Assembly: GCA_030248215.1 (NCBI GenBank)
Contig: JASANG010001737.1
Location: forward strand, 558,001-622,000
DNA: 64,000 nt
Direction of reading: 5' to 3'
Source: Enoplolaimus lenunculus
Taxonomy: Eukaryota
Of the stretch, positions 37,401 through 46,400 are shown piece by piece. Made by a program: the position numbers and the translations under genes. Position 1 is the first letter of the stretch; each line of letters starts with the position of its first letter. The notes under the pieces were generated by a model. It ran no database searches. It was not told the origin of the DNA and saw only the letters and a program-made list of their open reading frames with translations.

Positions 37401-40400
37401 TGTCTGTTAGACAAAGAAACTTAACAACAAAACCAGATATGCTTAAGGAATAGATGCGGTACTCGCCAAAGCAGAACCCAGGCAAGTTTCAGTAGTCACA
37501 ATTTAATTTTCGAGTGAAGCAAAGCCACACGAAAAAGGTGTGACAAAAGGCTGCCTCTATCGTAACAGGGGCGGCGGCCTTAAAGGACACAGCCTCCTGT
37601 GAAAATTGTACTTATCATGTAAAAATGTTTTTGTTACGCTTTTAAGTCTTGTGAATTTTTCAAATGGCCATTGTAGAATTGTTTTGTCTAAAAGTTTTGA
37701 GTTTAATTTTATAAATTTTTGTTAATTTCAGAAAAGAAACCAAGGCTGGTAAGTTAAATTCTGTTCGTTACAAATGATCGAATCTAAAATTGATAACACT
37801 TACGTAGAGAGAGAACCCGCAAAGCTTAGAGAATAGCGAGCAGGTCAGTCTTGTTTGAAAAATTAGTTTTTTTACGTTAAATACGGCAATTGCTATCATA
37901 GAGGCTTTTAAAATTTAATAATCTCTAATGCGTCATCCACTTTATTTTGTGCCCACCGTGTGGAAATTAGACACGCCTTTTTCCAGGTACGGTTTTGCAA
38001 AATGCTAGCCACGGAAATTGAATTTAAAATACTGTTTTGCAGTTCTGCCAGAAAAATGGGAGGCTCTACCAACACGGTCTATATAAAGGGGTCAAGGTAA
38101 AAAATAGGGCGGAACAGTATTATAAGCATATTCCTAAGCATAAAAGTCTAAGTCTAAGCGTAGAAATGAGCATATTCGTAAGCCTAAGTCTAAGCCTAAG
38201 CCTATACCTAAGCCAAGCAAAAAAATTACTCTAAAGCTTAAGCTTACTCTATTTTAATCCCGTAGAAAAACATTCCGCCCCTGATCTTTACATGCGCCTA
38301 TTAACGTTACCCATTGGTTTTTATAGAATCTATGCCTCTAGACAAGAGTATGCAATTTACCAAATTTAACGTGGCGTTAAATGTACTTACAAACGCATTT
38401 TCAGCAGAATTCTTTCAGCGTCGAAACTACCCAGTTGCGCATACTCTTGTCTAGAAGTATTTTCCACTTGATTCATTGTTTCATTTATAGGACAATAGCC
38501 AGCTAAATATCCTTCTACTGGGACCAAAACAATCTTCAGAGGGCCAAAGTATTGATTGGCCTAAACTTAAAAGCATCGTAAAACTTTTCTAGGTTAGCAA
38601 ATTTTTCTAAAGACGGCTGAGTCGCCGCTGGCGCCCCTCTCTAACTAAAGGCATGTTTCATTGGCTTTCTACGCTTTTTTTCTTTTCAGAGCCCGCATTC
38701 GAAAGCAGTGAACGATATTTTAGGTGGTATGCAAAAAGTTTCGTGTATAATGTTAGTCGTCATCTTATCACTACTTCAAGCATCATTCATTCTGAAACGG
38801 TTAGCTTTTATGCTTCTTTATTTATAACTCAATGTTCAATCTAAGCGTTTTTGGCCAATGTATACACCAGGACTGCAACAGTAGTATACGCATAGTCTTC
38901 AGCCAAAACCGAAACCTAACCATAAGAATGAGCTTGTACCTATGCGTAAACCTTAGCCTATTTCTATGCATCAGCAGAAAAGTATATCTAAAGTGTAAGG
39001 TTTACTCTATGGCAATACCGCAGAAAAACGTTCCGCCGCTGATCTTTACATGGGCTGCCGTTTCAACCTACAGCCAGAATGAGCATTGTTGAATTCAACG
39101 AGTAAAATTATGACCCGGCTTATTTTGGTTACACGTTTTGAGTACAGGTTAACTATGGTTGGTTATCTTTGGCATATTCGTAACCCTGCACCTGTGACAA
39201 GGCCACAGGGTGCTGACTGAAACGGAAAAGACCCTCAGGGGTTTACATTACGTCAGAGTTAAGGACGTATCGGACGAACGAGTTGGCTCTGTCTGATACT
39301 TCGTGCGATTTGATAGAACAAATTTCAAACGTTTCGACTCTGCCCTCATTTTCGTGTAGTATAGCGTTTCTTGCTGGTTAGTAATAGGTTATGCATACCT
39401 TAAACTGGTAAATTATAGCCAGCGGCGAATCCAGAAAACTCAAACGAGGAGGTGAGCTAGCAAAAATTATGCAACACAATTTTTTACTGTATGCGCCAAT
39501 TTTCTGAGGGAGAAAATGGTAAGGTTACCATTTTATTACTAAAAATTTTCTGACGGAAGGCGTACCGTCCCGCGATCCACCTCTGGACGAGGTAGTGATG
39601 ATAAAGGTAAACAATTAGCACATTTTGGACGCATGATTTCACATAGTTCAGTGTTGATTTTGAGAGCCGAACGTTTTGCAGTTCCGTTGCTCGAAGACTT
39701 ATTACTGACTGATGATCGGTGCTACACACAGTTGAGAAAGCTCATGTATAGAACAGGACCGGAACAGTAGTTTAAGCATATTTCTAAACTTAAGCCTAAG
39801 CCTAAGCCTAAGCGTATGGATGAACCTATTCCTAAGCCTAAGCCTAAGCCTAAGCGTATGGATGAGCCTATTCCTAAGCCTAAGCCTAAGCGTATGGATG
39901 AGGCTATTCCTAAGCCTAAGCCTAAGCCTAAGCCTAAGCCTAAGCGTATGGATGAGCCTATTCCTATTCCTAAGCCTAACCTAAGCCTAAGCGTATGGAT
40001 GACCCTATTCCTAAGCCTAAGCCTAAGCCTAAGCGTATGGATGAGCCTATTCGTAACCCTAAGCCTAAGCCTAAGCAAAAAATTTAGTCTAAAGCTTAAA
40101 TTGACTCTATTATAGCCCCTCCGGAAAACGATAAGACCCTGTTCAATGCATGGGCCGTTGAGGCAATGACTTTTTTACCCGCAACTGACAAGGTTGTATT
40201 AAAATGGTTTGCTTGTTTCAGGGTATGGCATTTATCGCGATTACTTCAGAATATTGTTGAAGTCGGCCTGCTGTTAACGCATGTACTAATTTTAATAAAC
40301 GTTGATCCGACTACGTTTAAGGTAAAATGCATCGTTCACAATATAAAATTTACTCTTGCCACAAAATGTGTCCATAATGTAGGGTTAACGCGTAACAAAT

Positions 40401-43400
40401 TCTACCCTAACACATATTTTCCGGTAACCTTACTCGAACGCTTGTTACAGAGCGTTTGTGACAGCCACGCGATAGCCTTACCGGATGACATATTTTGTGG
40501 TAAGAGAAAATTATATATTGTGAACGACCCATAAGCAATAGGGATGGTAGTTAATTTGAAGGCCTTATGAATTGCTTAGGTTCAAAGTTCGACTTGGAGA
40601 AAGACTTTAGACCGTTAGGTCATCTTACTAACACATATATCAAAAATGATTAATACCTTTCGTCGAATTGTTGCGGCACGTATTGGTTTGGGAAAATTTT
40701 ACACAGATCCGAGCAATTAATGTTCAACCAAAACATTTGCAACAAACGTTTAACCCGGAACTTGTATAATGTAACAGTTGGGGCTAACGGAGTCATTTAA
40801 GTAAAACAATAATCAAAGCTTTCTTCACCAGTTGCGCACATATAACGATCAGAGACGAAACGTTTTTCTGCGGCGACGGCAATAGAGCAAAATTAACGTT
40901 TAGACTAATTTTTTGCTAAGACTAATCATCTTAGGTATAAACTCACTTTTATTCTTCAGTTTAGGCTTAGGCTTAGGAATATGCTTTATACTATTGTAGC
41001 GGTCCTACACGATACATTGGTCCCCAGTTGTAATATTAACCAATGAGAATATTAAACTGAATCAATATTTAGACCCAGACCAGATATTTGACCACAACAT
41101 GTCCGATTTGTTACAGGATAACACGCTATGCAACGCAACTGCAGCAGGTATACAATTGTTTACTGTGCTACATTTCACTGGTTTACTGGTACAAGGAATG
41201 CAAGCTGGTTGTGTTGTTGCTAATTTATTTTCAATGAAAACAATCATTTCAGGCTGGGCCTATGCGTGCTTCTCGATCGGTTTGTTTTCAAATCGCTTTT
41301 TAGGTTTACAATTGGCTTAATTGTATATCAAAATAATATTTTATATAAACAGAATATCTCTTGTGTTTTACGTAATCGGCGTTGTGTTTAATTTGATTGC
41401 TTTGTGCTCACAGCAGTTTAACCCCTTCTCACATTGAGTTGCCTGTAGGCAACTAAGCGCAGTGTATATACGTTAAATAGTATATATCGTACAGTGTTTA
41501 TCAATTGCAACACGTATCCATAGTACTAAACATCACGTCAAGCTCCTATAGCTGAGTGGTGATGGTATACGCCTCCCACTCCAATCACTGGAGTTCGAAT
41601 CCTAGCATAAAAGTAGGTCTCAGGAGAAATAGAAAATATTCATGTGAGAAAGGGTTAAGATAAAACAATTGCGCTGAAAGCCTAATAGCATCTCAAAAAC
41701 ACTTTTATATTTGTGGGTGGTAAACAAGGATGGTTTCGTTGAAAATTTTATGATGTAAAAAAGTTCGGCTGATATACACTTTCGATTCGACAAATTAAAG
41801 ATAAACGCTTTAGGTTTCGGCTTAGGAGCAAAATTTTGTATAAAGCCTTATGTTAAACTCAAAATCAAAATTTAGTTTAGTCTTTAAGCAAAAGTGAAGG
41901 CTTAGGTTGATGTAAGGCCTTTTCTGAAACGTAAGCCTAAGCCTGTGGAAGGAATGTGTACAATGATAAATGTTTAGGTAATGGCTCACGATCAGAATGC
42001 AGTATTAAGCGTTAGGTTTAAGCTCATGATCGAAAATTAGGTATAGACTTAAACAAAGATTTACGCTTAGGCTTAGGTAAGGCCTTTTCCGAAATATAAG
42101 CCTGTTGGAGGAAATTGTACTCGATCCAAAGTTCCATTATTAATTTGTATCTAATATAAATAATTGTTTATATTTTGTTGACTGTTTTAAGCTGTTTCAT
42201 CGTTATGCACAACGCTAACGGCTGTTTATCATTTCGAAGACTATCGGGCGGACTTAAGGTATGAAGTATATTCGGCTGACCGAGTGCATACATGGGCATA
42301 GAACGTTTCGCGAAACTTGTATTTTAGCGAAGGTATATTTCAGTCTCACGTTACCGCTGGTTCGGCTTGCACAGAAAATATCCGCACAATTTCAATTTTC
42401 CGCGGACACTATAGAGTACAGCGATAACTGTGTACGGACATAAACATTAGCTAGCTACCGTGTCCGGACATAGTTGTCGTTTTTTGACGGACACATTGGA
42501 GTATCTAAAAATCGTTCGAACATTTTATGTGCAGGACGAACCAAGCGTAACGTGGGACTGACATTACTTTCAAATATATGTATTATTTATTATATTTTAA
42601 TTTATTAAATGTAATTATTGTTGCGTTTGGCTATTTATGTTGGACAAACCAACAAAGAGATTGAAACCAAAACTTAGTAAATATTAGTAAAGTTTTAGGC
42701 ATTGCTTCGTATTAACGTAGATAAGCCAAATAACCTAGGAACAAATATATAGTTCAACCAACACAGATCGAAATATTTCACTTATTGGTTTATCCCAGTT
42801 AACTGTAGGGGCATGCGCACTAAGCCTAAGCCTAAGCGTTAACATAGACCTAAGCGTAAGTGTCCTAAACACAAATTTGAACCTAAGTATAAGCCCGAGT
42901 CTTCCAGTGTATAAGTCTACAGTTTTCTAGTCTCCCAGCGCGCATGCCCCTATAATTATTATTCCCATAAATTCATAGTAACTAGAATCCTTCTTGCTGT
43001 AAGGGTTGCGCTATACGTGTCGTACGGCGCCGTTCATCACCACACGGTATCGAACGTGAGTTATTCGCGTGCAATACCGCTCGGTGGCACACGGCGCCGG
43101 ACGGTGACGGATGGTGCCAAATGTTGACGGACTGCGCTGGACGCTGTACGGATGGCGCTGGACGTCATCTAAAGTATAGCGCTACCCTTACACACCTTTC
43201 TGATTGGCCATAAATAATTGAAAAGAAATTTGAGTTTGGTGTTCGAAACCTTAGAAAAGAGTTATCACTGACTTTTAAATCGTGTGACAGTCTCCACGGC
43301 CAATGTACTTTTAGGGGCGTAACAGTAGATTATGCGTATTCCTAAGCCTAAGCCTAAGCGTTGCAAAAATGTGTTCCTAAGCCTAAGCCTAAGCCTAAGC

Positions 43401-46400
43401 CTAAAGCAAAAAATTGTAATCTAGAATCTAAACTAATCTAGAATCTAAACCCAGTCTTTTATAGACCCACGAGAAACCTTTACGCCTGTTAAAGTAACAT
43501 GGGGCCGTATCCACAGTACGCCCCTATTTAGTAAATATTAAAAACTTAGCAATTTATTCGACAAGTATCTTACGAACTAAAAATGGCTATTGTAGCTGTT
43601 GGATCAATATTGACAACGTAACTTTTGCTGCGACTTTGATTCCTGCAAGCATCCTGGCGTACGCGGCGTTAGCATTCGCCGAAGCTGCAGGGATCCATGA
43701 AGAACCAGTAATCCCGATGCAAAATGTGATTCGAAAAGTTTCAGCGACGTAATAAACTCGTTAAAATATTTATTTTTACCATTTAATGACCGCAAATTGT
43801 ATTTAATCCACTGGTAATAGCATAGAGAATCTAAAGGGGATATGAGTATAAATACACTATAAATTCCAATGAATTGATCAATGAACTCAGAGAAAAAATT
43901 AGTTATGTGTTGTTATTTTTGAGTTAATAACAGTAAATATTACCTCACACTGAGCTGATTTAATTTCGGATGAGTTGATTAATTAACTCAGAATGAGGTC
44001 AGTCAATTCAGAATCCGGAACTCTGAAAGACCTGAATCAGAGCTCAGACTTCTAACTGGGTTCTTCTCATTCGGAATTAAATTCAACTCAGTGAAATTTA
44101 CAGTGTACCTTACTAAAACACGTTGGTAATATCAAGAGTGGATTATCGCTATTTATAACAAGAGTGTGCAACTGGGCAATTCTGTGTAGAAACGATTGTA
44201 TCCGGCACGCGTTGCGTTTTTGCCCAACCCATTTATTTCGGGGGCGGGTACAACCGGTGCGAACCATGGCACTTTATGTATGCGCCGTCAAACATGCTCC
44301 GCTTATAGTTTAATTTAGGGGTATTCATGTAATAGCGACACCCCCTGTAAACAAGGCAGGGTCGGCCAATAAACGCAACACCCGGTGGTACATTTGGTAC
44401 CATGTGGGAACCCAAGAGTTGCACAATCTTGTATCATGCACTCTTGGTAATATAAACTGTAATCGAGATCTTGGCCCATATTCTCAAATGCGTATAGCAC
44501 CTATCAGTTAGCGATAGGTTTTCAACCTGGCGAAGTGCTGCAATTGCAGATCTCAAAATTGGTACAGCAGTAAAGGCAACTCAAACGCAAACAATGCGCT
44601 GAATTTCGAACCTCACTATGCGCTGGTACCAAAGTTACAGGACCTATCGTGAACTGGTGATAGGTGCTACACACATTTGAAAATACGGGCTCTAGTCTAA
44701 AAAATTTTAAAAAACAACTTATATCTGCACGAAAATTAAAAATATATTTCAACCAGTTAATTTTTGTGTCAAATATACTTTAGGTTATGTGTTCCAGATA
44801 TATCATTTACCGTACTTTCTTTTCATCAAACCTCATTCAAAGCCGCTTCAACCATTTTACAGTTTGTTTATTAAAGAGTCTAAATGCGATTTGAAAATGG
44901 TTTTACTTTCAGATTTTGTCAAAAATGGCTAATAATTAAAGTTGTACTTAGCTACGCAACTTGGCTTGTTGGCGCAATATCGATGTTTTATCGTCATGGC
45001 GTGTTAATCGCGGTTGCATCAACGTTGCATGTAGTGCTTGGCATTGTGATATTTGTTTTTCATATTACTGAAGAACCACGAGTAAGTTCGGCTGGCCCAT
45101 GTTTAGTTATAAGGATTTGCTCACTGTGTGACAACAGACACGTAGGTCGGTAAACTCAGAAACTGAGAGGCTTAACGCTAGCTTAGGCTTAGGATAAAGA
45201 TTATGTTTACGGTTTAGCAGTGTCGTGCTTAGCGCCCCTCATATCTCGTAAATGGAGGCCTTCAGATCCAAGGAACCCCTTGCAAAATTTGGCCAATGTA
45301 AAGAACAGGGGCGAAACAGTATTATACGCTTATTCCTAAGCCTAAGCCTAAGTCTAAACCTAAGCCTCAGCGTAAGGTCAGTTCCGCCTGATACACGTCA
45401 CTACATTTAATATTTCACATAATTATACTTGAGTCATTCAACGCATTAGCCAGATGTCAAAAACTTGGCCGGTGTGGAGGGAATTTGATTAACTTTGGGC
45501 ACCCTACCATTGGCTTTGGGCAGCTCGCAACGTTGACTTTGGGGGACCTCACGCCTCAAGTATCGCATTTCGCTTAAGTTTAGACTTAGACTTAGATTTA
45601 GGTTTGCCCGTTTGTTAACAGTCATGTAATTTTGTCGATTTCAAACGAATAAGAATCCGCTGACAAAGCTAATTTACGCATTAGCAAATAACTACTCTTA
45701 CCCGGGGCGGTCACAGGGGGAGCGGATGGGACGCGGTCGTGCCCCCCAAAAATTTTTCACAAACAGTTTAATTTTTTAGAATAAATGTTATTTTAACACA
45801 TGGTCTTAAATATAGAAAAATAAAATCTAAAAATCCTCAAAAATATCCTGGGACAGCCAATAACTTTTACTGGTAACTTTTCGAACGGTATTTTATACAC
45901 AGCACCTATGACCAGTTAACGATAGCTCTCGATAAACAGCTCGTATATTGGCAAGTATTAGTCTAATCAAACGCTAATTAACTAACTGGTACCTTGTTCT
46001 AAAGACAGACTAAAATATAATCCATACCATTCATCAAAGCTCATTAGCTTCCTTGAATGTTTTGGTTCTCAAAATATGGCTCTCACATAATTTTCGCCCA
46101 CATTTTACGCGTCGGAAGCATAAGAAGCTTGAGCCTAAATCTTTGCAAGCGTTTATCTAAGCCTGCGCTTGCCTTTAAATCGTAATGTATTAATAAATGC
46201 GGGGAAGTGAACAAGAGCCGTTTGCTTGTTTTTACGACCAAAATTTTTCAAGTTTAGTTTTGTTTTTGGCTTAAAACTAGCGACTTCGTCAATACGGACA
46301 TTTTGAAAAGTATATAATTACTAAATTTGCTTCTGCTAACCAATGTCTTAAAATGTTAAAATAGAATTTTTCAAATTTAAAAGTTTGCCGTTTAAAGTTG

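Noticed and set aside
38491..38592. Extra stalk exon DNSQLNILLLGPKQ..
   Set aside because: Runs into an in-frame TAG, overlaps MITE-like sequence and has no convincing in-phase donor.
39722..40115. ORFs with PKPKPK / LGLGLG repeats (also 22332, 26061, 5767)
   Set aside because: Translations of the (CCTAAG)n MITE core, not proteins.
41353..41417. Alternative TM4-like exon ISLVFYVIGVVFNLIAL
   Set aside because: Phases do not fit; 41117-41279 joined to 42192 already gives a complete TM4 in frame.
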